From assembly GCF_009914755.1 (NCBI RefSeq), contig NC_060932.1: a stretch of DNA of 64,000 nucleotides. One strand, written 5' to 3'. The notes under the pieces are model-generated. The model was not told the DNA's origin. It worked only from the letters and a program-made list of their open reading frames with translations, and ran no database searches. Shown in pieces: positions 36,173-50,211 of this stretch; position 1 is the first letter of the stretch; the number at the start of each line of letters is the position of its first letter. The DNA comes from the human T2T-CHM13v2.0 reference genome, Homo sapiens. Position numbers and translations under genes: made by a program.

Positions 36173-37479
36173 GACACAGTCATTATTTTCCAGATGAGGC
36201 CTGCTCAAGAGCATTTGGCTGATGGGGGCTGAAACCTCTCACTGCAACCAGGTTCATTTGGCTCCAAGTCCTGTGTGCTCTTTATGAAGTCATAGCAAGG
36301 CCTGGACTAGGGTGAGAAAGGACAGGTGCCTGTGAGGCAGGACTTAAAGGAGGCGCTGGCCCTCAGGGGCATGCGAGGGCAGGGTGAGCACCTGAGAGTG
36401 AGGGCCTCCTTAAAGTCTGTGGTCCAGGGTCCTTTGGTCCCCTAATCCCAGAGCAGAAAAGAAAGCCTTCAAATCCAGCTGCTGCCTGAAGAGCCTCAGA
36501 CTCACTCCCCTGGGGCAGCAAAGTGCATTTCTTTACCCACAAGGCCCTGTAGTGCTGACTGGTAGATGGGGCTGTCAGGGACTCATGGGAAAGAATGGCA
36601 CATTGGATACAAACTCATTCGGCTTAGTTTTACCCTGTGGCTGCCCCTGTAGTGTCATTTGTGACACCAGGAATATGTTCCATACCAACCGAATAGCTTC
36701 TCTTCCTATTCGTGCCAGTGCATGGAACTATATAATCATTCATCTATTCATTAATTCATTTATTTGTAGCCTTCCTCTTTATATAGGCTTAGAGAGCCAC
36801 TACTCGAAGCCAAGCCTTACGTCAGGCAGCAGAGATACCAAGATGAGGTTGAAGAAAACACACGGCTTTCTCCACTCATGGACTCCAATGAGGATGGCAA
36901 CAACATGGTAATTAGAAGTCATTAGCAGATTGCTCTCAGCAAGTGGAAAGCAGTGAGAATTCTGAAGCAAGACTTCTCTGGACTTCAGGGAAGTCCCTCT
37001 AAGGAAGTGGCATCTAAACTGGAACTCCACTGCCTCTTGTATGTCTACTCTGGAGTTCCCACCTTTAAGGGTTTCTGGGAACATTAAAATATATAGTGTG
37101 AGTGGATTTGGCCCTCTCTGAGTCTGAGAGAGTAGGTGTGCAATAAGAGTTAACATTTGCTAACTTGCAGTCTTATGGCTTCTTACAGGGCTGAGACTTG
37201 ACCTTGTGACTCCAGCCTAGGATTATATAAGGAAGTGACTGACCTTAGAGGATTTCACGGGAACTTAGCTGTACACGTGGAACCCATTTATTTGCTGACA
37301 CTTCTCATTTCCTTTCAGAACAAACCTACATTCCCAGACCTATAATTTTCTTGAGAAAATGGGTTTATTATAAGTCACTCAATAAAACACCCTACCATGG
37401 CTTCCCAGTACAAACCCTAGTTTCAATTAGTCTTATTTTCTTCCTGAACTGATGATTCCCAAATCTATCTATCTGTTCA

Positions 37480-37590
37480 TTAGGATCACTGGAGAACTAT
37501 TAAAATGTCCAAAGTCCAGTCCACACCCCAGACCAATTAAATCAGTCACTGAGGCTAAGATCAATATTTTTTTAAGCTCCCCAGTCAGAA
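37480..37590. mobile_element. MER5-type hAT-Charlie MITE fragment
   Basis: ccacaccccagaccaattaaatcag...tttttaagctccccag. Confidence 0.65.
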
Positions 37591-38053
37591 TTGGAATTTC
37601 AACTGCTGGTCAGTTTCTCCTATGAACATGGGTTGATATGGGCACGATTGTGGGGCTAGCGTTGCCATCTCTCCCTATTAAACTTCTCCTACTAGAGCTA
37701 CAATACTTTTCGGCCCTTGGATGGCTGTGCTTTTCGAATTCTTGTACTTCCACTGTTCTACCTCTTTTATTCAAGGCAGCCTTTCCTGCATGCATTTATT
37801 CTTTCATTCACTTACAAGAATATACTGAATATGGATTCTAGGAACTAGGAAATGAGTTGTTGACCTTGGGCTAGGGTGAGAACATTTGAGTGGTTCTTCG
37901 TGGTGACCTGCCTCCCCTGCCCCCATAAAAGCCTCTCTCCTTCCTGCCTTCCAGTCCACTGATGCATGGGCCCAGGCAGCACCAACCATTTCCTTGCTTG
38001 TAGTCAGTTCCCCATCTACCAAGTAATGCCTGCCTTCCCCTCCTGTTGGAGGG

Positions 38054-38418
38054 TGTATTAGTCTGTTTTCATGCTGCTGATGAAGACATACCCCAGACTG
38101 GGTAATTTATAAGAAAAAGAGGTTTAATGAACTCACAGTTCCACATGACTAGGGAGGCCTCACAATCATGGCAGAAGGTGAGGAGGAGCAAAGTCATGCC
38201 TTACATGGTGGCAGGCAAGAGAGAAAGACAAGCGAAAGGGGAAATCCCTTATAAAACCATCAGATCTTGTCAGACTTATTCACTACTATGAGAGCAGTAT
38301 GGGGGAAACTGCCCTCATGATTCAATTATCTCCCACAAGGTCCCTCCCACAGCATATGGGAATTATGGGAGCTACAATTCAAGATGAGATTTGGGTGGGA
38401 CACAGCCAAACCATATCA
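38054..38418 (-). mobile_element. THE1 (THE1B/C-type) MaLR solo LTR
   Basis: tgtattagtctgttttcatgctgct...cacagccaaaccatatca; perfect 5-bp TSD gaggg (38049-38053 and 38419-38423). Confidence 0.95.
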
Positions 38419-40334
38419 GAGGGTCCAAATTCAACTCTTCTAGAGTTAACTACCCAAATTCCCAAAACCTCTTGACTGTTTGTTTCACAGAGGTTTTTTT
38501 TTTTTTGAGGTCATAGTAAAAAATAATTTTAGAAACATGCCCTGACAAATGTGGGTTCCTGAAATTGAGGCGGTGAATCCTTCACCCCTCCCTAGTAGCC
38601 CTGAATGAGTCCTCTCTTCTGAACTAGACTCCAAGCCTCCCTAACGGCAGCAGTGATTTCCAGTCCTCAAATGACACAGTCAAAACTCTCACTAGAATGC
38701 TTGTTGAGTGACACTTAGCAGATCATGTGTTGACTGGAGAAAAGGAGGGAGGAAGAAAGGAGAAGAGAACAGGAGGGAGAGGAAAAGGGAGGAGATACAG
38801 AGTAAGCCAGAGAGGAGAGAGACAGAGACACAGAATGGAACCGATTTTGAGATCCTACCTGTCCTGCCCATCGCCTTGTGGAGGACAGAGGAATGGGGCA
38901 TCTAAGCTCACTCACACTGCCAATTTGAACTGTTCTGCCCTAGCCTCCCTCCCTACCCACTTGAGAGCATTGGAAAGCTGCCCCATGAAGGCTTTACAAA
39001 GCATCACCATAGTAACTGTTTTCTCCACTAAAAGACGCCTATGCAATGAAGCTCTGCACTCTTGTCTGCCCCTCTCAGTAACTGGGAGAGGCTTCCACTC
39101 TCTCCAGCAAAGGCCTTACCGGCCACTGAGTGACTCTATCTCATATTCTCATGACTGTCATTACCAGCGTTAGTATTTTCTTTATTCTTTTGCACTTCCC
39201 TGGCTCTGCTGGTCTAAAATGGGCTTTCCATGACTTTAATTGGCTCTCATCAGCACTGAGGTCAGTGAGGCAGCCACAGAGTTCATTTGACTAAGGCACA
39301 AGCAGAGGCGGAAGTCTGAACAACTTGCTCAAGGTCTCCAGCTCCAGAGTCCTGCAGATGAGGGCTCACAATCCCTAAGTTTACTATCCTTTCCTCAGCC
39401 CCAGTTTGTCCTTCCGCAAGGGGGAAATCGCCTCTACAGTTATCACACTAGGAGAAATTATACTTCCCTGAATTGTAAGCTTGGGCATCTGTGTGTCAAA
39501 GCAGAGAAGAAGTCAGGGAGGTAGCTTGTGTCTTTGAGGGGTGTGAGGGGCTGGGCTTGGTGAGCAGATGGACAGAGCTGAGCTGCCGGGTTCCACGTCA
39601 ACAATGGCAAGTCCATGGGGAATTTCTGTAGAATTAGATATATTGCTGGACGCGAATAATTAAGGATTCTGATGTGGTCAGGTAGATTAATGTCCCTCTG
39701 AAAGCTCTGGATCAATGTTGGAAGGGAAAAAAATAAAAGACATGCATAATTTAAAAAAACCATCAGAAACTTTGCTTGACATGATGACATTACTGATTTT
39801 TTTATGATCTTCTCAAATACACTCTATAACCGTTATTAATTTAGTATCGTTAAAAGCTCATCCTTCAAATGTCAGGCAAGAGCCAAAGCTGAAAAATAGA
39901 ACCGCTTAGGGCTGGAAAAAATCCAGGAAAGAGAGGCGGAAAGCTCTAGGAACACGAGGCCCTGGGCTGCCTCCAGCTTCCCGAGAAACTCCCAGCCAAG
40001 CTCTCTGTTGCTGTGACTTCTCCCTCTTGGGCTACTTTGTTTGTGGTTCACAAAGACGGCCAACTCTGGCCCATTTGCTAGGCATCTGCCGTCTTGGCTT
40101 GCCTGGCCTTATGTACAGAGTAATGCCAGGGATCCAGTGTGGGAGAATGTTGAGGTGCTCCAATAAGTCTCTCCTCCAAAATAAAGACCTCCTGATGGTG
40201 CCTGATACCCAACTGCTCATGATCAGGTGTGGCATCCTGTTGAGTTAAGCATCACCTTCTCACAGACAGGTCTCTCTGAAAATGCAGGTGCTTCTGCAGA
40301 GGAGAGTATACTAATAAGATATAGTAATAGTATT

Positions 40335-40570
40335 CGTAAGGAATGTTTACAGGATGCTTACTATGTGCCAGGCACTATTCTAAGTACTTTACATGCATTA
40401 TCGCATTTAATCCTCATAGCAACCAAGAATATTATCACTTCCAATGTTATGTCTAGAAAAATAGATTCAAAGACACTAAGTAACTTAGCTGGGGTCACAC
40501 AGCTAATAAGTGTCAGAGCTAGAACTCAAACTGGGTCTGACACCAGCAGCTGCATCTTTAGCCACTATGT
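40335..40570 (-). mobile_element. MIR
   Basis: tgcttactatgtgccaggcactattctaagtactttacatgcattatcgcatttaatcctca...ggtcacacagctaataagtg. Confidence 0.85.
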
Positions 40571-42374
40571 ACATCTGTCATCCTGGTCGATTGCTGATGT
40601 ATTAATCAAGCGACACTAGATTTATCCACAAAGAAGAAAGCACTTTCCTCTTCCAGAAAGAAGGGGAGCTAAAAGTGGTGAAGTTGTGGGTGGGTAAAGG
40701 AGTTGTTACTGGAAAGAGGTGCAAGAAACATTTTCCCCAGCAACAGTGTCATCTCCTCTAAACGACTCTGGAGGGGAGGGGCTCATGCATCACCCCACTG
40801 GGCCCCATGGTAGGACTGAGCCTACCCCACACTCTGCATGCCCCCTGAAGCAGCTCAGAAGACCCAGCCTCCTGGATGATTCTTAGAAAGAAAGGTTGGA
40901 AGCATATGTTCTCCAAAGACTAGAGGAGACTGAAAAGTCCCCCAAAAGTCCAAACATTTCAACCTAGAGTGGACGTGACCCTAGAGAGCCAAAGTGGGGC
41001 ATGCCAGGAACAGATTTCTTAAGGGACAGCAGCTTGGGAAACAGAGCTAGCTTGAAATCAGAAGCCTTAGATTGAGGAGTTGATGTTGGACAAGCTTGCT
41101 CGCTCTCGCTCTCTCGCTGTCTCGCTCTCACCCATTCTCCCCTCAGTTTTTTGCATCATAAAGTGAGAGTATGGCCCTGAAAGCTTCTACCAAGCCTGTG
41201 TTCCTGTAACATGGATTTTTCCTTAAAAGGACAAAGCATGACCATATCCCCTCGGAGCCTGGATGCCCGGGAGCCAGGGTGCAGAGATGTCTGAGAGAGA
41301 GCAGAGTAGGAAGGTAGTGTCCTCACCATCGGGCCCTCAGCATGACTTGCCTTGCACAGTGGGATACCCAGCAGAGTCTCCAAGGACCTCAGAGTGCTGT
41401 GTTCTTATTTCTTTAAGGACTGTCTTTTCTTAGACAGTCCTTAAAAGAAGGGAAGGGATGGCTTATCCTACATTGAGCCTAAATACAGATTTAATTTATC
41501 TGCTCAGTTCAATTGCTCAGGAAAAGCAAATCCAGAGTTGTTTGACTGCTCTAATGAGTCTTCAATATAAATGAGCAAGCAGGATTGCCCATGTAGACAC
41601 ACGCTAAGCCAGCAGAGCACAGTTTGCTCAGCTGCCTGCAAAGGTGGCTGGATGTCTCCACACATCACAGTGTACCTGTGCACGTACACAAACACAGGCA
41701 CAGTTTCTTACTATTAAATTAGCCAAGTTGGATCTCAGCAGTGGGAAATCTGCATCTTAATATTAAGTCAGTAATTAATAGCCTAGACACTTGGTTCACT
41801 TTCCTTTTATTGGCTTTACATAGATACAGAATGGACAGAGGTGGCCTTTCTTCCAACCAGCAAGCTGTCTCTCCCTCACCACCCCTCCTGCCCACCTCCT
41901 GAGAATGAATATGTTCCTATCTCATTTGCATCCTATTATTAGTGCATTGAAGCTATAGTCACGTACAACCTCTTTATATTCACTTGAAAATTAAATTACA
42001 AAAGTTTTTCTACATTGCAATTTATGTTCTGGTTGGAGCTGATTGTTTTTTGTATTCCGGCAAATATCACAGTCTCCAGGAATTAATGAATTCATAAGCA
42101 TTGATTCCTAGGGGGAATAGTATGCATAGTATATTGGAAAATAGAGAAGCTCAGCCTAATGTCAAAATGTTTTACTTTCTACCACCCAATCCTTACATAC
42201 ACATGGGAAATTCTTGTGGATGCCAGGCAGCTTATGTCTGCAGGCACCTGTCAATACTGCCTGCTGTACTGAGGGGTGCCTGCAAAAAGCTATGCCTTCT
42301 GAATATATCAAGCAATGGATGCTATAGAATCTAGGTAATTTTATGCAATCTGTTCTTTTAGGACAAATCAGTAA

Positions 42375-42992
42375 TCAGCTTCAACCCCTACCTTGGCCAC
42401 TCCCCAGTTCCTAAAAGCCAAAGCCACTGCCTCCCTCCACGATAGAAGTCACACACTTGTAGCTGACTGACATATTTTGTGTGTATTTTATGACTTTTTT
42501 TTCTTAAAAGCCAACATTTAAATATTTGGAGATTTCAGCTAAAAATCCGGATTTTGACTTTCTTAAAAACATCTGAAGGTCTGACAGTATTGAGCCGATG
42601 TTCAACATAATGGCAGTCTAGAGGTGTGGAGTAACAGCAGTCAGCTTCCTTTAAACAGTATACGTCAGGGGACATACTCTACAATTTGATCCTCACTACT
42701 TGTGGAAAGAGGCCAACAGGATTTGCCATTTTTTCAAAGAACATGTACGCTTTCGTCTCCACAATCTCTATTAGAAGTGGGAAAACAAAAATAGACCTAG
42801 AAAGCAAAGATCTCAATCCAGGGGCAAGAATATGTTTTTTTGAAGGAAGTGAAACAATGTTGCTGCTTAATTTCCAAATAGAGTACTCAAGAAATTTTTT
42901 CCTGAACCTAGCTTGCTTTACTGTAAGGACGTCCTAGCTATTGTTTTATTACTTGCCTTGCCCCTGGAGACATTTGAATTTTAGGACCCTTG
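42375..42992. mobile_element. MER102-like hAT-Charlie element
   Basis: aaaaatccggattttgactttctt...gaaggtctgacagtattgagcc; terminal catttgaattttaggaccct. Confidence 0.55.
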
Positions 42993-43257
42993 ACCTTGGT
43001 GGTTTTTAGGGAAACGCTTTATCAGGCAGGCCCTTTCAACCTGGCGTGCCTCCCCACCTGGGGGTCTCAGTGTCAGCCACCCTTCCAGACCTGGGAGCCT
43101 GTGCCCCACTCCTTTGATGCTCTCCGGCTGCCTTGGCACTTCCACTTCCCTAAGTCCAGAAGCACCAGTGCTTGATGTCAGGTTGAGATCTGGGCCTCAG
43201 ACAGATCAGGCTGAGATCTGTCTGTAACAACTTGTCTGCCTCACGTGAGTCCCTCGG

Positions 43258-44226
43258 TGTGAAATAATAAGAAATATATATATATATATATATATGTCGC
43301 TGTCCAGTTCTTGACATAGAGCTCCTAAAACTCTTATGGGTAGGGAAACTTGGAGATCTTTTATTCTAATATTTGGCCTTTGGCCCCACATCCTGACACA
43401 GAGCTCCTAAGACCTTTGTAATTTCCTGAGAGACAGGATCTTGTAACACAGAGCCCCTGCATCCCTTGGAATTTCCTGGGTGATAGGAACATCTTTTGTT
43501 TTAATGAGGTGACTCCTGGTGGGCTCCTGGATAGCTTCGGGAACCAGCCATGTGATTAGAGGGTTGGAACTATTGGTCCCACCCCTCCAACCTCTGGGGA
43601 GGGAAGAAGGGCTGAAGGTTGAATTGCTCACCAATGGCCAATGATTTAAGCAATCATACTTACATAATAAAGCCTCCATCAAAACCTAAAAGAACAAAGT
43701 TCAGAAGGCTTCTGGATTGCTGAATGCATGGAAGTTCCTAGAGGGTGGCACACTTTGGATAGCTCCAAGGTGTGCAAGGAACTATACATGTATCCATGGA
43801 AGCTCCACGCCCCTTCTCCCCTACCTTGCCCTGTGCATCTCTTCCATCTAACTGTTCATCTGTATCCTTTGTGATATCCTTTATAATAAATGAGTACACA
43901 GAATAAGGTGTTTCTTTACATTCTGTGAGCCATCCTAGTAAATTAATTGAACCTAAAGAGGAGAACCCTGATTTATAGCTGGTCAACCTGAGACTCACAA
44001 CAGACATGTGAAGTGGAGGCAGTCTTGTGGAACTGAGCCCTTAACTTGTGGGAATGGATGCTGACTGCTGGTAGATAATGTTAGAACTGGGCTAACTTTT
44101 AGGAGTTGAGGTCCATTGGAGAACTGCTTGGTAAACCCTGACACATCTGGTGTCAGACATGAAGTATCGTTTCGAGTGTTGAGTGCAAAAGTAGGAAAAA
44201 CAGTTTAGTTATTCCTATCTCTTTCA
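43258..44226 (+). mobile_element. MER21-type solo LTR
   Basis: tgtgaaataataagaaatatata...repeated tgacacagagctcctaa...ccaatggccaatgatttaa...gtgggaatggatgctgact. Confidence 0.8.
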
Positions 44227-45639
44227 TTTGGCGACACCCTTGGATTGGTACTCATCACTTCCTCTTGGATTCAAAACCCTGCATTCTTGTCTTCTGGGTC
44301 CTTACAGAGCTAATATTGCACATCTAACCTCTTAGCCTGACCTAGGTTCACTCTGCCTCCATTCCTTTACCTGTTGGGCATTGCCAAAAAATTATGTAAG
44401 GCAGAAATTCAGTGAGTGAAAGAAGGGCAGTCTCCTGGAGACTGAAGGAAGCATCAAGATCAAACCAGAGAGGCAAAGTTACTGGTATGGAGACTCTCAC
44501 AGGTAACCAGCAGAGCTCAAACTTCCTGCCTCTCTTTATGGTGTTGTCTCCATTATCTGGCATCCATCTGTGCTCATGCAGACAATATTTGTGCATAACC
44601 ATTTTTAACCATCTGCTGCCCTTGAACCTCACATCACAGGGCCCACCTTGTAGGAAAGGCTCTTTAGCTAGCAATGATGGTGTCCAGGACAATTCTAGGT
44701 TTTACCATACTTGGAGCCATTGAGAGGGACTTGCAGGACTGACCCATCTCATCTTTCTTTGCATCTTTCAAGAAATCGATGGGTAATCTAAAAGGTGTAT
44801 GTTTACAGACCTGCAGTTTTAGTATCAGAGTTTCCTCTATGTAGTGGAGATTATGGATCTGAGACCTGAAAAGAAGTGATCCACTAAAAGGATAAGTTGT
44901 CTCAGCTCCTGGTGCTGACTCAGAGAGGAGCCTCTGGGCTGACTTAACCTCTTTGCTGTGCACTCTCATTCTGTCTGCACCCAAACATCATGACAGACAT
45001 CAGCAGTACTTCCCATGATTCCTGAAGAGGAGGCTGTGTGCAACAAAGTCATCCTAGGATATTTTGAGAAATAAACCTGTCAAAGTATAATTGCTCAATC
45101 ATCTTAGCCCCGTGCACCGTGGAAAAGAATATGTGCCAGAAGTGGGAGTCTCTTTTTCATCCTGTCTAGCACCATCTTGTCAGAAGCAGCAATTCCAGAG
45201 ACAAAACCTGGGGAGATTTCAGCACTGCTGGGTGTGCCTTCTGCACAGCAGAAGTGGGCTTCCAGCTGGAGCCCAGATGAAGGTTAACTATAGGACAATT
45301 TACGAGTAAGTGGGAGTGGTATTAGCAATTACATTCTGGCTGAGAGTGACTAACTGCTTCCACCTGGGAAAGCAGATCCAGCCCCATAGAAAGGTGAAGG
45401 TCATCCCTGCTCCAGGGTTAGATCTACAGGAATGGCTGCTCCAGAATGCCACACACAGTTCTTGCTGCAAGGTCTTTCGCAAAGAACACTAATTGCCTAC
45501 ATCTCTTGTCTGGGATGCATTTCTCTTTCTCCCTATTATCCTAGTTTTGTTTTGTTTGCTTTTCCTGATTTCTAACATCTGACCTTGTCTGTGCTACCTT
45601 CTGCATCTCTCTTTGTCTTATTGAGTCTCCTGGCATACG

Positions 45640-46079
45640 TCCTCCCTCCTACCTATCATGGACATATGAACTAGTAGTGGCCAATGAGGTAGAAGTGAGT
45701 ATCTCCGGGCTGTACTTCCCGGAAGTCTGTTGTATATGTACCTATCAATATATTTGTATATACAAATAGGTGTACAACAGCTGACTCAGCTGACACATAG
45801 CTTTTGTCTTATTCTTACCCCTTCTTCCTGACCAGAATGGAAAAGAGATTCCCATGGATGCAGCATTCATATTCTGGCCTCCAAAGAGAGTCACATGATA
45901 AGGAGGCCAGGACAGAATAATAAAAGGAGCCAGTCCCCTGCAGGTATCATGGACTGTTCAACCAGTTCTGGACTTTCACCTGAGATTTATTGTCAGGTGA
46001 AAAAAATAGCCTCTATTTTGTTAAGCTACTGCTGTTTTCTTTCTGTTATTTGCAGCTAAACTCAGTCCTAACAGATACA
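45640..46079 (+). mobile_element. Old MLT1 (J/K-type) LTR
   Basis: atatgaactagtagtggccaatgaggtagaagtga...gttaagctactg...gttatttgcagctaaa...cctaacagataca. Confidence 0.6.
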
Positions 46080-46134
46080 TAAATCCTGTTCATTTTTCCA
46101 AAGGGTCTTCAGAAATACTGCCTTGGGTGTCTAA

Positions 46135-46551
46135 CTATTACTGACTGAATTGTGCCCCTTTAGAATTCATATGTTGAAGTCCTAACCCCTCATAAGGGAA
46201 TGTGACCATGTTTGGAGATAGGGTCTTTAAAAAGGAAATTACATTGAAATGAGCTCATGAGGGTGGTTCCTAATCCAGTGTGATTGGTGTCCTTATAAAA
46301 TGAGGAAATTGGGACACAGACACAACCACAGAGGGAAAATGATATAAAGAGACACAGGGAGAAGATAGTCATCTGTAAGCCAAGGAAAGAGGCCTGGAAC
46401 AGATCCTGACCTTACGGCCCTCAGAAGAAACCAACGCTGCCAACACCTTGATCTCTGACTTCCAGCCTCCAGAATCACAAGGAAGGTAAACTTCTGTTGT
46501 TTAAGCCACACCCTCCATTGTACCTTATGGCAGCCCTGGCAAACTAACATA
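46135..46551 (+). mobile_element. MLT1B/C-type MaLR solo LTR
   Basis: ctgaattgtgcccc...aattcatatgttgaagtcctaaccc...gacttccagcctccagaa...tatggcagccctggcaaactaaca. Confidence 0.88.
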
Positions 46552-49500
46552 AAGACCTATATTTCCTGACCATGGGATCCTCTATGGTCAGGAAGGGGCT
46601 TAGCAGTTGGGCCACCTGTATTAGAAATGCCTGAGATTCCTGTTAAAAAATAGGGTAGAGTTCAGGAATCTTTATTTTAACAAGTTTCTGTGGTGATACT
46701 TAAGTGCTCTATGGTTTGAGAATCACTAGTTTAGTTCTTTAAGGTCTTACAGAACACAAATGAGATAGAGGAGAAGTTGACACTCCACTGACAGGCTGGG
46801 GAGTAAGAAGTATTTGAGGGACAGACTAAGACTGACCTGAGGCCAGGAGAGAGACACACTGCAGAGGAACAGTATGAGCCAAGACTCCCAGGTGGGAAAG
46901 AAATAGGTGTGTTTGGTGGCAATGATAATAATAATGATAGTAATCTAAACTAGCATCTTTATGATGTCTTATAACTTACACAGCAATTTTAATTATATTA
47001 TCTAATTTAAATCTTCACCTGTAAGGTGAGAATCATAGGTAAGGATTACAGGTGGAGATTACCACTGAAGTTACAGGTCACCTCAACCCTGTGAGGAAGT
47101 TAATATTTTATTATTTCCATTCTGCAGGGGAAGACACCAAGTGTAAATACTAGAAATAGTATACGCTAGTTGTGAAAGTCTCCGTGGTTTTTTGGGGACA
47201 ACCAGGAAGCCCCAAAGTGAGCACAACTCCCCTTCATGCTGCAAGTGGCCAGGAGCCGTGATCGCCTAAAGCACTGCAGCTCCACCTGCCTTGACAATGG
47301 AGTGGGGAACAGAATAAAATGATCCTATAAAATGATCTCTTGAGAGAGTGATTGGCTAGAGAGAAGATAGGAAACATAGGAAGAGGGTAGCTTCCTCTCT
47401 TCCACTTGTATATTTTGGACCTACTTTCGAAGGGTCTATAGTGAAGAAAGCCCATCAAGCAGGTGGTGCTGATGAAAAGAGACAGGAAGTAGGCTCCAGG
47501 ACTTATCACTCTTTCTACCCTATTAAGGAGGTACCCTCTTTTCTTACCACCTTCAAACAAGCCCACTTGGGAATTTGGGGGTAAGGCAGGACTTCAGCTT
47601 AGGGACAAGCATTCTTCCCTTGCAGGTATGTGCAACAGTAAAAAGGCAGCTTGGGAATGATGACTGAGCACGAGGCACCCTGGTCACTGTGCTGAGGCCA
47701 TGGCATTTGGATAGACTAGACCTCAACACTGCTCAAGGGATAAGTCTACTTGTCTATTTGTCTATCCATCTATCTATTCTTGCTCGTTACTATAAGTATT
47801 TGACATTGTGTATAAAATGCCCACAATATAAAAGAATGAAATAAATACACAAGAGAGTTATTGGTTAAGGAGGTTATGAGAGGAAAATATGGCAATAAAA
47901 ATAAGGGAAAAACTAGCATACAGACCATCGAATGCAGACCATTAGATCCGGTACTGTGGCAATTGAGTGTTTCAAAATGTGAATCTGAGTTTCCCAACAG
48001 CCAAAACAAAGGATAAAACACATGGCTACAAGAAGCAAACTGCTTATAATAGAAAGAAATTTTTTTAAAGAATGTCAGTTGTAAGCAGAAAAGCAGAACT
48101 CAGCTCTTCCTGATGATGATGCTCAAGAGGAATTTCTTCCATGGGCCCTCATGAAGAGGACACAATGCTCTAGAGGAAAACATTCTTAGCAAAATCCCCA
48201 TAATGACATTTGTTAGACTATTAATCTGAGCCTCTCAATGGCATAATGCCAAAGCATACTACAGGAGAGGCAAAGCGGCCTGCCTGGGAAGCATGGTGAT
48301 GGTATTTTGAAAAAGGGTAACATTTACAGTTCCTAGAGCAGAGAGTCTTAACTTTGAGAAGCTATATGCCCTTGGAGACTCTTTTGAAAAGTTTATAACC
48401 TGTACAGATAAACATGTACATGCACGAACTACAAAACTTTATATGTAGTTTCAGAGGGAGGTTACAGACAACTCACACTCCAGAAGAAGACCATTTATGA
48501 GGCATGAGTTAAGAGGCACTGAAAAATGAGGACTGCCTAAAAAGATGATGCCAGGAAGACAATCGAAAATGTTGCTGGATTGACAGATTTGGCCCCATAT
48601 TTCCTGACACTATTTTATGTATTCCTAACAAAGTTTTCCTTTGAAAATTCACTTACCTAAATGGAATTTCCCTCTGATACAACAACAGCAATGATAAAAT
48701 ATATATCTGGGATTTCCATGGACTAGACATACTTTTCCTTATTCCTCCCACAAAGTAACTAAAAATCCTGCATGTTATATATAAAACAGATGTAAGAAAA
48801 CTCTGAAAAATGAAGAAAAGAAGGAAACTGGCTAGGGACTTCAGAACCTAAGGAACAACATGAGGGTAAGTTTCGTGAATTTCCTTTTTGCTTTGTACAC
48901 TCCTATTTGGAACTGAAAAACCAGCAACCCAGAAATACCAATAGGTAGGTGAGGATTAAACAAAAGTCTCCTTTTTCTAGCCAAACAAGTAGGAAAAGAA
49001 CAACCTAGAAAGACATAAAACTTTTAGACAATAACTGCTCTACTTCAGTCAAACGCTACAGAAAAGACAGTAATCCTACCTCCACTCATGCCAGCAAAAG
49101 TAGAGTAGGGAGCCTAGGCTTACAGTCTTGTTAGGTATACTGAGGAACCCCAGCTTTTCTGCTGGGGTAGTAGCAGAGAAGAGCAAGTAGGGGGCCTGAA
49201 CATCAACTCAGCATTACCTACCAGGGGATAGTAAGCCACACTCTGCTGCCCACTTACTGTCAGTATAGAACACAGAAGGAATAGTAATGAGTTGCTCCAA
49301 CCCCTCCCAACCAGAGACTTATCAATGGAGGCCTAGCAGGGAGCAGAACTTCCATCTCTGTAACAAGAAGCACACTCCTTGGGTGTAGCAACAGAACCCA
49401 AGTTGGAAACCTGGACTTTTATTTGTAGTCGGCAGCAGCAAGATAGCACAACCCCTTCCCTACCTGGATGGTATTAAAGAAAGCTAGCTAAAATAGGATT

Positions 49501-49818
49501 TTTAAACAAAATTCATAGTTTCATAACATAACCCAAAATATCCAGGTTTCAATAGAAAATTGCTTGTCATACCAAGCATCAGGAACACCTCAAATTAAAT
49601 GAAAAAAGGCAACCAATAGATGCCAACAGCAAATGTGGCAGAGATGTTACAATTATCTGACAATGATGTTAAAGCAACCATCATAAAAATACTCAAGCAA
49701 TCATGAGCCCACTGGAAAAGAAATATATATAGAATGTCTCAGTAAAGAAATAGGAGCTATCAAAGAGAACAAAATGGAAATTTCAGAAATGCAAAATACA
49801 ATAATTGAAATAAGCTTA

Positions 49819-50211
<393 letters not shown>

